A DNA stretch of 64,000 nucleotides, from assembly GCF_009914755.1 (NCBI RefSeq), contig NC_060933.1. One strand, written 5' to 3'. Below are positions 41,057 to 54,330 of the stretch, piece after piece. The position numbers were made by a program, and so were the translations under genes. The DNA comes from the human T2T-CHM13v2.0 reference genome, Homo sapiens. The notes under the pieces are model-generated. The model did not search any database. It was not told the origin of the DNA and worked only from the letters and a program-made list of their open reading frames with translations. Positions within the stretch are counted from its first letter, which is position 1. Each line of letters opens with the position of its first letter.

Positions 41057-41173
41057 CTTTAGCAGGCCTTGTACAAAGAGCCCTGACTCATATTTAAATG
41101 ATGATTCTGCTTCACATAACCTGGAGCATTTTCTCTCTGCTGGAGTCAGAAAAAGGCATAATGTTCTGACTAT
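41057..41173 (-). CDS. C9orf72: C9orf72 exon 7 (IVRTLCL...QGLLK)
   Basis: tag|ATA ... AAG|gtatag; 117 nt. Confidence 0.98.
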
Positions 41174-42792
41174 CTATAAAAGAAAATATTTTAGCATTAA
41201 AACATGAAGTAAAAAGACCACTGATTTGCTTATGAAAGATATCTGAAATTTTAATTGTTATTATCAATAAAACATATCCTAAGAAATAAGTATTCTTTAG
41301 TCACCTGGAATCCATGGGATGTAACAGTTGTTGCTTAAAATAGGGATTCTGTGGTCAAATAAATTTAGAAAATGCTTGGTAAATTTACTGTATGGCATCT
41401 CAAAACCTTTAACATTTGGCTACATACTGTGACTCTTCAGGTGAATTATATCATCTGCAGACTTTCTCAGACTTATTTGACCATGCAACTTTTATAGCTT
41501 CTGTTTAGTGGGTCTACACATGAAATTCGTTGTAAGAAATATCAAAGAATGTCCAGATCCTCCAAAAAGAAGAGAATTAATTATTGAATTTGATTTAAAA
41601 TAAGCAGGTCATTGGGTGGGATTTAGAAATCTGATTCTAATAATATTTGACCTACAGCTCTATTAGGAAAAATAAAAAGGCATGTAACTATCTTGAAATT
41701 CAAACCATATCCACAGTTATTATGTTAAAGGAGTGGTTTTCAACCTAGAGTGGTGGCAACTTCTTTCTCAAATTAAAACAAGATAAAAGGTAAGCTATTC
41801 TCCCTCAAGAGGATGGAGGATGGGAAAAATGTTTAAAAAAAAAAAAAAAAACACTCCAACTATGGAGCCTTTCTCCCTTCATAAAGCAGCTCGGCAGTCA
41901 CTCTGTGCAACCTAAGGCTTTGGAGATCACAGATGGAAAGCCACCTGTTTGAGGTAACAGAAGGAATAAGGTCACTAGTTCGTAGATGCAATATAATGAC
42001 ACAGGTATACTAAGCTCTCATAAATGGTTATATGAGAAATATAAATTAAGGCTCATGTAAATATACAAAGTAGCTGATTACAAAAAAAAATTATGAATAT
42101 CTTTGTAAAGTATCATTTCCAACATATTTCCTATGTAAAACTTTTTTTAAAAAATTAGGTTTGCTGAAATTGAAAGATACACATACTTATCTCTGAACTC
42201 TTTCTAACTAATGGTCAGTGAAGAAAAGTGCAAAATCCTTTAGTTTATTAGCTAATGCTTGGAAATGTAACTGTTCATTAATCCTTAACTAACTCAAGTA
42301 GCACTGAAGGAAAGGGTCAGAAACATTACTGAATAAAGTATAATAATCAATGACCACTTAATCCCAATAGCTCCCTAGAAGGGACAGATTTAGAAGGAAA
42401 GCAAAGACAATGAAATCAAGATGAATAAACAAATAACATTTCTTTGGAACTACTACCAAAAGTACATGACTATCTTCAGATTTGTTAAAGATAACATTGG
42501 GAAATAGAAGAGTAATTTTTTTTATATATCTGATTTTAATATATTCTCAAAACCATTTATACACAACTGACACTGGTATTTCCGAGCTATCAAAATAAAC
42601 TGATAAATGATTCTTACTCAGTTTATTTCAAACTCACTGTTGCCACAAGGTGTCTTAGCAATTTGATGAGATTACATTGCCTCCTTATACTACTAGATCA
42701 TTTTAATTGCAACCTACCATTTAAATGACAATCCATGATATATCATCAGTCTTAAAGAGTCAAATCATTTGCTAGATTATAAAATAAACTAC

Positions 42793-42865
42793 CTTATTTA
42801 CTTTCTCTGCACTGCTACCTACTACAACGGAACAGCCACAGGTTTGCAAGTGTGAGCTGATGGCA
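42793..42865 (-). CDS. C9orf72: C9orf72 exon 6 (AISSHLQ...EKVNK)
   Basis: cag|T GCC ... AAG|gtagt; 73 nt. Confidence 0.98.
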
Positions 42866-44153
42866 CTGTAAGTTAAAGAAAACAGATTAAAAACATTGCC
42901 TATAAAACAATTTAACAAACTAAAAACAAAAAAAAGTAGGTGAGCTCTTCAAATAACTCAGAATAGCTTTATATGATAAACACCGAAGCTATAAGCACAA
43001 TGTTATCTTTTATTTGTATAGGAACCTACATTTTCTAGAGACCTTTCACAGAAATTTTCTTATTGAGCCTTAAAACAGCCCAATTAGTCAGTATAATATC
43101 ATTTAATTAATGTATTTATTTATTGAAATACCATCATTTTATAGCTGAAGAAATTGACATGTAGAGAGATTAAGTGACTTACTTAAAGTCAAATGGGATT
43201 TAAAATGATGTATGAAAGGCTGACACTGAACAGATACAGGACTAAAGTGCTTCTGATTCAAGCCATTAAGGCTCTTAGGTTAAACACACTCATGCCTCTG
43301 ATACTCCATCATGAGCCTAAAGGAAAAGACTGTGAACATAAAAGTGAATACTTTATACTTTTACTTCTCTTTTATTAAAAGTAAAATTTCATGAAAATCT
43401 GTAACTGTGAAGAAACTTTAAAACAGAATATAAGATAATACATGTAAAGCAACTAGTAAAGGAACTAACATGTAGGCACTCAACAAATACTGGCTATTTC
43501 TAGAAGAAATGTAAATAGGAAATGTTAGCTATGAGCTATTATTAAGTGTTTTTATGTTCCAGGCACTGTTCTAAGTGCTTTATATTATTTATCTTACTCA
43601 ATGCTTATAACAACCCCACACATTAGGTACTATTACTATTATTGCCATTTTACAGATGAGGAAATAGGTGTATAGAGAATTCAGGCACCTTGCCCACGGG
43701 TACACAGCATTAATCCAGGGAGTCTGGTTTAAGGGCACAAACTCTTAAGTACTAAACTCCACTGCTGGATGGAAAAAGATCAGTATAAATATGAATAATT
43801 TTGTTCTACGCCTAAATAACTTAAGTTCATCTACAGTACAACTTAATATGAAAGGATTCTGTTAGCTTTAATGAGAAGTAAAACAAGAAACCAGAATCAA
43901 GCAAGGGGCCATGATTTCTTGTCTGGGATGGAAACTCGGTTTCTTTAAATAGCAAATGGAATAACACCAAATATATATAGAAATATAATGAGTGAAAAAT
44001 AACACAAATTTAAGCAACAGTTCAAATACGTAATGTTGTCCCTAGAACAATCTAAGTAGACAGTCTGTTATTTTCTTTCTTCCAAATCTTGTCATAGGTG
44101 AGCATAAGATGGTATCTGCTTCATCCAGCTTTTATGAAAAGAAAAATTCTTAC

Positions 44154-44218
44154 TTGAGAAGAAAGCCTTCATGACAGCTGTCACCAATATCATCATCATT
44201 GAGTACTGTATCAGCTAT
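44154..44218 (-). CDS. C9orf72: C9orf72 exon 5 (IADTVLN...EGFLL); the short isoform reads on to the stop at 44150
   Basis: tag|ATA ... AA|gtaag; 65 nt; read-through gives AAG TAA (222-aa isoform). Confidence 0.98.
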
Positions 44219-44949
44219 CTAAAATGCATCAAAAAATAAAAAAATTAGTCTGGCTGTAACATAGTGTTGAAATAACACTTTTAATATACAAGTTTTCGGA
44301 AGTCTGGATTCAATATAACACACTGCCTTCATTTCCGAGAATCAAGACTCCCCAAAAAACAATCTCTGTGTACTACCATAAACTTCAGAAGAACAAATGT
44401 GAAAGCTGGTCAAGCAGGTTAAACAATTTTTACAAGAACAACTTCCTCTTCTGAGCTGTCAGAATCAGGAGACTAACCTAAATGACAAAATCAGAAAACA
44501 ACAAGAATAGTTTCCTAAAGGTATCTCTTAACACTCATAGTGTGTGATTCAAAACGTCCTCAACAAATGATTAAGGAAACTAAATTTGTGACTACAAGTA
44601 AACTTCCATTAATGGTTACTACTTTGGCACACAGTTTTGTTTCAAAAGACACTACATTAAATATTAATTGCTCCTATAAGAGCTGGGATCCTCCCACTTT
44701 TAGGAATTATAAAAGTAATGAAATAAACAAAATGAATTTAATTTTGTCATCACTGATCAAAAATGCCTCTGTTTTGCCATAAAATCCAGGATTTTGTGTG
44801 TGCTTATTTGCTAAAGTGGCTAATACTGTATGTGAATAGTATGTATGACAAAGTCCTTACTATTAAAATTAGAATATTAATAATATACATAATAATACTA
44901 TAACCCCAAAAAACTCATAAAGCGTATAATTGCTCTCATTTAAACTTAC

Positions 44950-45045
44950 ATCTATTTCTTCAGGAACACTGTGTGATTTCATAGATGAAAGCAGTTCCAT
45001 TACAGGAATCACTTCTCCAGTAAGCATTGGAATAATACTCTGACC
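44950..45045 (-). CDS. C9orf72: C9orf72 exon 4 (GQSIIPM...PEEID)
   Basis: cag|GGT ... GAT|gtaagt; 96 nt. Confidence 0.98.
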
Positions 45046-45239
45046 CTGCACAATAAAGTGACATGAAGTGAAGAAAATCACGTAATATGAGAGAAGCTGG
45101 GCAATAAAAAATAAAAATAACATCAAACAATAACATTCTTTGATGAAAATACTTCGTAATTTGTTCAAACACAGTATCAAACAAGTCTACTACATGTCTA
45201 AAGGATTTATATGCAATCCAAAGCTCACTTTTATTCTTT

Positions 45240-45482
45240 CTTTTCTTTTTTTTTTTTTGAGATGGAGTTTTGCTTTCATTGCTCAGGCTGGAGTGCAATG
45301 GCGTGATCTCAGCTCACTGCAACCTCTCCTCCCAGGTTCAAGTGACTCTCCTGTCTCATCCTCCCAAGTAGCTGGGACTATAGGTGCCGCCACCATGCCC
45401 GGCTGATTTTTGTATTTTTAGTAGAGACGGGGTTTCGCCATGTTGGCCAGGTTGGTGTCAAATTTCTGACCATGCCCGGCCC
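45240..45482 (-). mobile_element. AluS-like with an internal left-arm deletion, intron 3
   Basis: 20-bp TSD aaagctcacttttattcttt at 45220-45239 and 45484-45503. Confidence 0.93.
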
Positions 45483-48100
45483 TAAAGCTCACTTTTATTC
45501 TTTAGAGAGTATGGAATCATTGGTTTATCGTTTACTGTTACATGCAATGATTAAGTCATCATGCCTCTTTTAGAAAAGATCTCCTTTAAAATTTGAGATA
45601 AAAAAAATTTGTTAATTAAAGGTCATCAATATATTTCATATTTAAAAATGAGGAAAACCAAGCACAAAAAGACTTTGAAATCCTTACCAAATAGGTAAGG
45701 AAAACTTGAATCAATACCTAACCTCCATACTCATAAAAGTATAATCTACCCAAATGCAAATCAAAATCAGCACATATATTTTAAGAATCAATAAAACAGA
45801 AAAATTCCCTTTAGAGCTATTTCAAGATATTACTACTTATTACATCTTGAAATTGTAATTTTGAAATTTGTAGTCTATAGAATCAAACTGAAAATTCAGT
45901 ATAACACATCACAAATGTAAAGTGTCTCAAATATGGATGGTCCCTCATTTATTCACTACCACCACCAGTCTCATCAGTTTTGTGACCAACTTGGTTAAGT
46001 AAATTTTTTGAGATATAAATGAAATTGTCAAATGACTATGCATTTTTAGCTAAACATATTTTTTAAATCATACATTATTTAAGATGAATTTAATACTAGT
46101 TGTTTTTCCTCACTTATTTTATGAAATGATTTTACTCAAAGTCTTCATAAGCATCTTTAAGTTAGAATCTTTGTCAGACCCAGGGCCATTTTTGGAGTAA
46201 CCTTAACCAGTTTTTCAGAGCCCCATATTATTAAGTTGCTTGAGAATTTAAATGTGATGCTACTTCTGGAAGTTTTATCCTAAGCCATATGCCCATTTGC
46301 ATAATGCTGAAAGTTTTATTTAAAAAAAACCCATCCTTTAGTAACCTCCACAACTAACTATTCACTGTTTTTAGTTTTTAAAGTAATAATTATCATGCCT
46401 GTTTACAATTACAATTCACACATTCAATCTAACAAGAATAATAACTAGATCCGTGTTAAATTTCCTTCCCTGTGAAGCAATTTTATCAGATGACAGCTAC
46501 AACTGAAGTTGTTTCAAACTAATGCATCATCCCCAAACAGTATTGTTCAAAATAAAGTCGTTGTGAGATTTGCAAGAACTCAATCAAAAGGCAACTCCTC
46601 CTTTTCGGGAAGAATAATTTTGGGAAAATATTTCCTCTTAGGTTTAAGCATACATAGTATTTCATTCACAGTATCTCAGACATTATCAGTATAAGTGAAT
46701 GAATAGCCTCACTGAAGCTCAACAACACCAAAAAAAAAAAAAAAAAAAAAATCCTACAGGGCTAAATACAGAAGAGGCTCTAAAAGAAAATCTCTTAAGT
46801 TTCTATTCCTCCTTGTACTTCCCAAACTTGAACTTCTCAGCAGTAAGATAACATTTTTAAGAAGAGCACTTAAAAGAGAGACCAAAATTCATTAATAGTA
46901 GTCAACTTAAGTAAAGGTTTCTGGTTTGAAAAAACAAAATCCCAGTAAAAGCAGAATTTTAGTTGGTTCTAAGTTTCCTCAACTTGCGATAAGTCTACTT
47001 AATTAGTCTACTAATAACTAGTGGGTTAGAGGGTGCTGAAAGTTACCCCATTCCTGGGGACCCTGCTTATTGACCAGCAAATAAGGACTGGGATTCTTTG
47101 GGTAAAGGGAAATCTTTTCTTGTTAAGTCAGACCTTTACACAGAATAACTGTCTCTGAATTGGAAAGCTATCTACAAAAGTACAAACATAACAATTTGGT
47201 AAAGGAGATCATTGTATTGGGTTCTGTATTATGGCCATGTATTTTCACAAGTTTTTTTTTTTAATTACTTTTTTAAAGTATCATCTGTCTCATTCATGCT
47301 AAAAAGAAGCAAAGAAAGGCAAAACAGCCATGTTTAAAATATTGGAGTTTTACAAGGAGCATTGAGGGTCACCCACAAGAGGAAATGGAAGTAAAAGTGA
47401 AGAACTCTTTCTTCACTGGAGATTCTCCTTCAAAAGAACTTCTCTGCTTTACAGTGAAATAGTCTGTACTTAGTTTCCGCAGGGGAAGCCACACCCTTGT
47501 AACCATGCTTCTCAAACTCTTAGTGTCTGTTCCTGAGGGGCATTCAAAGCCAAGGGATAAACATGGCACATTTTCCTAGAGGAGAGGGTAAGAAATATCA
47601 CTGACAAATTTTAATACTAAAATAGTTATGGAATAAAATGTAAATTGCATGAGTCTTAACGATACAACATAAGACTTAAAAGAAATATTGTGTGGACCTG
47701 GGCCTACACCCCAGACAGATACCTTAGGGGTACATATGCTCTCCTTCTGTTACAGCTACTTCTAGGGAAAGGTTCGAGAAGTAGTACCTTAAAACATATC
47801 AGAGACAATTTTTTTTATTTTTACTATGAACAAGTTATCCAAAATTTATTCTGGGCAAACAGAAAAAAAAAGGGAGCAAATATTAATTTGTAGATGCAAT
47901 TACTATTTTCCTTTGTTTACTGATTTAACTCTTTGGGTTTAAGATATGGAAATCTTCCTCCAGTTTATTCTGTACACCTCCATAAAAGCTCCATTAAAGG
48001 CTTATTCGTATGTCTCCAAGGCCTTGACAAATGTAGCCATCAACCTTATACAGATACATGCTGTGAGAAAAACATTTGACAGTATGCAATTTGCATATAC

Positions 48101-48160
48101 CTGATCTTCCATTCTCTCTGTGCCTTCTAAGATAATCTTCTGGACATTTTCTTGTCTTTC
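48101..48160 (-). CDS. C9orf72: C9orf72 exon 3 (ERQENVQKIILEGTERMEDQ)
   Basis: cag|GAA ... CAG|gtatat; 60 nt. Confidence 0.98.
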
Positions 48161-49246
48161 CTGAGCAAGAGAAAATTTATTTAAAAAAACAACCCACAAC
48201 ATTTTGATACTTGCTTATTTTTCAATAGACATGTTCTTGTGTAGTAATTTAGTTCACAAGAAAAATACTTTCTACTTTAGGGAAAAAATGGGGGCAGGGG
48301 TAGGAAATTAACCCAACAAATGCATGTTCTCATAAACAATACAAAATAAAATCAAAACAACCTTTATTCTGCAGTGAAAAAAAGATAACTTCACAGAAAA
48401 CAGTCAATGTAACATCTGCATAGTTTCAAAAAGGAAAAGAATGACTTGCACTTTTCAAATTAAACATTATGATGTTGTTTAAAAGATTCTCCTGATTTTA
48501 AGAGTTTCATAATGTGAGAAAAAAGGAAGTAAGCCTGCAAACATAGTAAAAAATTATTCTTTTAAAAGATATTATTTTTCCTTACTATTGGGCAAAAGCC
48601 TTTTAAAACTGGTAATGCTTAATGGACTTTCAGGTTAGTATCAAACTGGAACACAGGAAGGAGAATTCAATGTGTTCTTTAGATACATCAAAACTATACT
48701 GAAATGTAAATAGCATTATATATTCAACTACAGGATTTAGGAAAACAATAATTTCTGTAAGATTAAAAGGAATTCTCTTGGGAACCATTCCATTCAACCT
48801 CCTCATTTTATGAACCTGGGAACTTGGCAAAGAGGTTAAAGAGACCAAAGGCTACATGACCAACAGCTTATGAAACTATTACTTTGAACTGTTATACTTA
48901 CACATAGTAGTAAGCAAAAGACAGAATTGTGCAATGAAAGGGAAACAAAAGGTATTAGAGTCAAAGGCTCCCAAGAAGAATCCAGGGTCTAAAAGTTTCT
49001 TTATTTGTCTAAGCTTTAGCTTTTCATCTATAATGTGGAGCTACCATTTCGTACCTTCCACAGTTAATATGAAGATGACAGGTATCAGACCAGATGTATT
49101 TGTATCTAATAGGGTAAATGCAAAATAAATAACATTTATTGTTTGATGTTCACTGCATATAATTAAAAAAATAAGATTTATATGTACCAGAAAATAAGCT
49201 TTCAACAGATAGGTTAACATGATTAATAAGCTGAAAAATCACTTAC

Positions 49247-49690
49247 CTTATGCATCCATATTCTTCCTTTCCGGATTATATGTGTTAATCTATCAACACA
49301 CACTCTATGAAGTGGGAGGTAGAAACTAAGTTCTGTCTGTGGAAGTATAATTGATAGTCCATATGTGCTGCGATCCCCATTCCAGTTTCCATCAAAGATT
49401 AATGAAACAATAATCACTCCCTTTTCAGACAAGACAAAAAACTTTACATCTATAGCACCACTCTCTGCATTTCGAAGGATTTCTCCATTTAGAGTGTGGT
49501 TGGCAAGAAAAGTTATTTCTCCATCACTGAGAAGTACCTGTTCTGTCTTTGGAGCCCAAATGTGCCTTACTCTAGGACCAAGAATATTGTCCCAGTAAGC
49601 AAAAGTAGCTGCTAATAAAGGTGATTTGCCACTTAAAGCAATCTCTGTCTTGGCAACAGCTGGAGATGGCGGTGGGCAAAGAGTCGACAT
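49247..49690 (-). CDS. C9orf72: C9orf72 exon 2 coding part (MSTLCPPPSP...IWMHK); DENN/longin-domain protein, 481 aa in total; exon begins at 49734
   Basis: ATG at 49690-49688; AAG|gtaagt donor; acceptor tttag| gives a 44-nt 5'UTR; coding exons sum to 1446 nt. Confidence 0.99.
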
Positions 49691-50174
49691 CACTGCATTC
49701 CAACTGTCACATTATCCAAATGCTCCGGAGATATCTAAACAATGACATATGAAACCAATGATTAGGTTCAGCAATTTAAAGATATCCATCAAAACCCCAA
49801 ATGATTTAGACATATTTGGTTTGTCCTCTTAAGTCAAAGATGTGGAATCCTGTTATCTCCTATCAGGATAAAGACATTCAACTAGCACAGTAGGTGCACA
49901 TTAAATGTTTGTTGATATGATCATTTTACAAGACATGGTAACTTGTTACTTATATTCAGGGCATACATTTAGAAATTCAAAGAAATAACTTAAAAAAGGG
50001 CTTCTTTACACTGATATTAAATGTTACATACTAAAGCTCATAGAATAGACCCGCAGTATTCCCAAATATCCAGTCCATGTGCAATTCTAGTATGACTGGA
50101 GATTTGGCCCCTAACCCATAGCAACTAAAAAGGAGAAAAACAGGAAGGGAAAGGCTCAGCTAGAGACTGACACT

Positions 50175-50616
50175 TGTGGGTTGAATTGTGTCCCCCAAAA
50201 AGATATGTTCAATTCCTAACCCTTGGTGTACGTGAATGTGACCTTATCTAGAAATAAGTGTAATCATGTTAAAATGGGGTCATACTGGATTAGAGTGGGG
50301 CCTAATCCAATAACTGCTGTGTTTATAAGGAGAGAGATTTGGAGACACAGAGACAAATGGTAGACAGCCATGTGAAGACAAAAGGCAGATACTGGATTGT
50401 TGAAACTACAAGGCAAGAAAGGAACACTCAGGATTGCTGGTAACCACCAGAAGCCAGGAAGAGGCAAGGAAAGAGTCTTCTCTCTTGAAGATCATGCCCC
50501 TGTCAACACTTTGATTTCGGACTTCTAGCTTCTAGAATTGTGAGAGAATAAATTGCTGTTGTTTAAAGCCACTCAGTTTGTGGTGCTTTGTTAAGTAATC
50601 TTAGAAAAGTAATACA
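50175..50616 (+). mobile_element. MLT1B/C-like MaLR solo LTR
   Basis: tgggttgaattgtgtcccccaaaa...gtgaatgtgacctta...aataaattgctgttgtttaaagccac...aataca. Confidence 0.85.
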
Positions 50617-51142
50617 ACACCTAACAACAGAAATACTTTAAAGCCGCTAAAAGGTCAAAAAAAAAAAAAAAAAAAAAAAAGACATGGAAATACCACAAGT
50701 CTGGAGCCATAACAAAAAATGGGCAAACAGTCCTGTATCCTCAGTGAACTCTCTGGTTATGAGAATACTGAAGCCCGATCCTGATGTTTAAAACGACATT
50801 GAAGTATCAAGACAAAGATAAAAATATTTAATATGCTAGCCAAGAAACCAATACAGCATTTCATCACTGCAAAGAGAGTTCTACACTAAATGGCTAGAAT
50901 TTAAAAGCTTTAGTTATTTAGAACACGTAGAAAACAGAAGGGCTAAATAGGGCCCGTTCAAGCCTTTGAATTTAATGAGAAAACAGACATGAGGAGAAGA
51001 ACATAAACGCTCACATCCAAGACAGAACCCAGGGCTCTTGGTCCCCTTGCTCAACTTGTACATCTTAATCCACATAAACATACCACTCTAAAAAGGTACA
51101 TCCTATGTGATATTAATGTAAAACAAATCATTCTTGCAAATA

Positions 51143-52256
51143 CAGTTATGTGCCATGTAACGTTTCAGTCAATGGTAGACTGCATATATGATGGTAGTCC
51201 CATTAGATTACAATGGACCTGAAAATATGCTATTGCCTTAGTGACACTGTAACCATCATAAGGTCTTAGTACTATTTTGCAAGTTATTTAAAGTATAGCA
51301 CATACAATTATTACAGTGTACAACACTTGATAATAAACTACTACGTTGCTGGTTTATGTATTCACTATACTATGCCTTTTATTGTTATTTTGGAGTGCAC
51401 TCCTTCTACTTTTTTTTTTTTTAAGTTAAATGTAAAACAGCCTCAGGCAAGTCCTTCAGGAGGTATTCAACAGAAAGCACTGTTATCATAGGTGACAGCT
51501 ACATGTGTGTTATTGCCCCTAAAAACCTTCCAGTGGGACAAGATGTGGAGGTGGAAGGCAGTGAGGTGGAAGGGAGTGATACTGATGATCCTAATCCTGT
51601 CTATGCCTAGGTGAAAGTGTGTGTGTTTTAGTTTTTAACAAAAACGACTAACAAGTAAAAAAAAAAATTTAAAATAGAAAATAGAAAAAAGCTTCTAGAA
51701 TAAGGATACAAAGAAAAAATATTTTTGTATAGCTATACAATGTATTTGTGTTTCAAGCTAAGTATTTTAAAAGTTAAAAAATTAAAAAGTTTACAAAGTT
51801 AAAAAGTTATAATTTTTTATTGAAGAAAAACTGTTAAGATAAATTTGGTGTAGCTTCAGCGTACTGTGTTTATAGTCTACAGTGGTGTACAGTGTTCTAG
51901 GCCTTCACATTAATTCACCACTCACTCACTGACTCACCCAGAGCAACTTCTAGTCCTGCAAGCTCCATTCGTGGTAAGTGGCCTACACAGGTATACCATT
52001 ATCTTTTATACCATACTTTTACTGTACCTTTTCTCTGTTTGCATATATTTAGATAAATATTTACCACTGTGTTACAACTGTCTATAGTATTCAGTACAGT
52101 AACAGTTGTACAGGTTTGTGGCCTAGGAGCAACAGACTATACCATACGGCCTAGGTACATAAAGGCTATACTATCTAGGTTTGTGTAAGTACACTCTATG
52201 ATGTTTGCATAATGACAAAATCGCCTAATGATGCATTCCTAAGCAATGTGTGATTG
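51143..52256 (+). mobile_element. Tigger3(b)-like TcMar DNA transposon, non-autonomous
   Basis: Decayed TIRs cagttatgtg.../...gtgtgattg, each flanked by TA; internal acactctatgatgtttgcataatgacaaaatcgcctaatgatgcatt. Confidence 0.8.
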
Positions 52257-53156
52257 TACTATAATTGAAGACTTGTTATCTAAGACTGAAAGTAAAAAGA
52301 ATTGCAATTTCACCTAAGCAAGTCTAAAACTGTGAAGTCTATTTATAATAATAGCAATACAAAGCAGCTAATAGGCAAACTATGATATACCTATCTTTGC
52401 CATATGATTGCTTTGGGAGCTAACATTTGATCTGTAAATGTATGACAAAGTAAACAATTTTACTTAAAGAATTTCATCCACATCTTGTCAAGAGAGTTCA
52501 GTCTGATGGAAAGCACTGACTTCTATTTACAGAGCATTAGATGAGTGCTTTTATCATATTATGAGTAGGCATACAGAGCCTGGCAAAACAGTTAACTCTA
52601 AGTATGTACAGAAATGGTTGAACACAACGACAGTTTTAACACGTGTATTTGTAATTTCAAAAATTCATTTAGGTAATATTTACTTTTAAATATGTTGTAT
52701 CAATTTAATAGTCTTAAGAGACAGCACTGGATATAAGCCGTACAGCTTCTTTAAAATATCCACTGTTTTTAATACAATGTAAGCAGTCAGTTTACAATGA
52801 TCAAATATAGGAATGTAATCTGAATTGAAATGGTAATGACACTACTGCTGTCATAACTAACAACAGCAAACTGGAGGCCAACATAATGAATTAAGTTAAC
52901 ATACAACCATAAAATTATATTGTAAACATATTTTTCTTTCATTCTTTTAGGTTAAAAAGGTGGATAATCATAAAGGCAATATTACAACTCTAATATTTCA
53001 TCATTAAACTGAAAATAAAAGTATTTCCTAAAACAGAACTGAACCCTGGAGCAAAATCTGATTGAATTATAGGGAAACTTTTACCACGTTGTGAAAATTG
53101 AACTATTATACTGCTAGTTACACTCTCACTCCTAACAGAATAAGAAAAAAAAAATG

Positions 53157-53477
53157 GGCCGGGCATGGTGGGTCACACCTGTTATCCCAGCTCTTTGGTA
53201 GGCCGAGGCAGGTGGATCACCTGAGGTCAGGAGCTCAAGACCAGCCTGGCCAACATGGTGAAACCCCACCTCTACTAAAAATACAAAAAATTAGCCGGGT
53301 GTGGTGGTGGACACCTGTAATCCCAGCTACTCGGGAGGCTGAGGCAGGAGAATCTCTTGAACCCGGAGGTGGCAGAGGTTGCAATGAGCTGAGATGGCGC
53401 CACTGCACTCCAGCCTGGGCGACAGAGAGAGACTCTGCCTCAAGAAAAAAACAAACAAACAAACAAACAAACAAAAA
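53157..53477 (+). mobile_element. AluS-like, intron 1 (antisense to C9orf72)
   Basis: Full dimer; (CAAA)n tail; imperfect TSD agaataagaaa..aaaatg. Confidence 0.95.
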
Positions 53478-54043
53478 GAATAAGAAAGAAAATGAAGGAC
53501 AAAGATCATACTGAATTGCTTAGTTTTAAATCCTACCAAAAGAAATAGCCTGGGAAATGAAATGTCACAGAGAAGTATAATCAGGAGAGCTGTACAATTA
53601 TTTTACTAATACTTGAAGTCATCGTCTTTGGTGAGAAAAATCCATACATGCAAATGCAGCTGAAAAAAATCAGCTCAAAACCAATAGTTGTTTATGTACC
53701 TATCTTACGTACATGTAGTGCTGTCTACTCCAGAGAGTTACCAAACATTAGCCAGTCTTTTGAGGGAAGCCAAGATTCAAATTGAGTGAGACGGTGGCTT
53801 GCTCACAGGGTTCATGAGAGGTTTCCCAATACACTTTCTGGAAATAATCCCATACATGCAGACATGATTACATTAATTAACATCTGCTAAAACTGTTAGT
53901 AGAGTGCTAAGTTTGAGGTTTTGCTTTTTCTTTAAACGTCTGTTAAAAAATCAACCATCTCTTCCCTGATTGGTATTTAGAAAGGTGGTTGGTCCACTGC
54001 TATTGTAGTGAAAATTCTACAATCATAAAGCCCTCACTTCTTG

Positions 54044-54330
54044 TTTTTTAGAGACAGGGTCTCGTTTTGTCATCCAGGCTGGAATGCACTGGCAGGATCA
54101 TAGCTCTCGGTAACTTCAAACTCTTGGGCTCAAATGACCCTCCTGCCTCAGCCTCCCAAGTAGCTAGGACTACAGGTGCACATCACCACGCCCGGCTAAG
54201 TTTTTAATTTTTTGTAGAGACAGGGTCTACGTTGCCCAGGTTGAGCTTGAACTCCTGGCTTCAAGTGATCCTCTTGCCTCCGCCTCCCAAAGCTCTGGCA
54301 TTACAGGTGTAAGCCACCTTCTCCAACCTG
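54044..54330 (-). mobile_element. AluJ-like, intron 1
   Basis: gagacagggtctc...gggctcaaatgaccctcctgcc. Confidence 0.9.

Noticed and set aside
53098-53539. Alu-derived ORFs here and at 4696, 23828, 26551, 31377, 45140 and 63347
   Set aside because: Standard Alu translation artefacts
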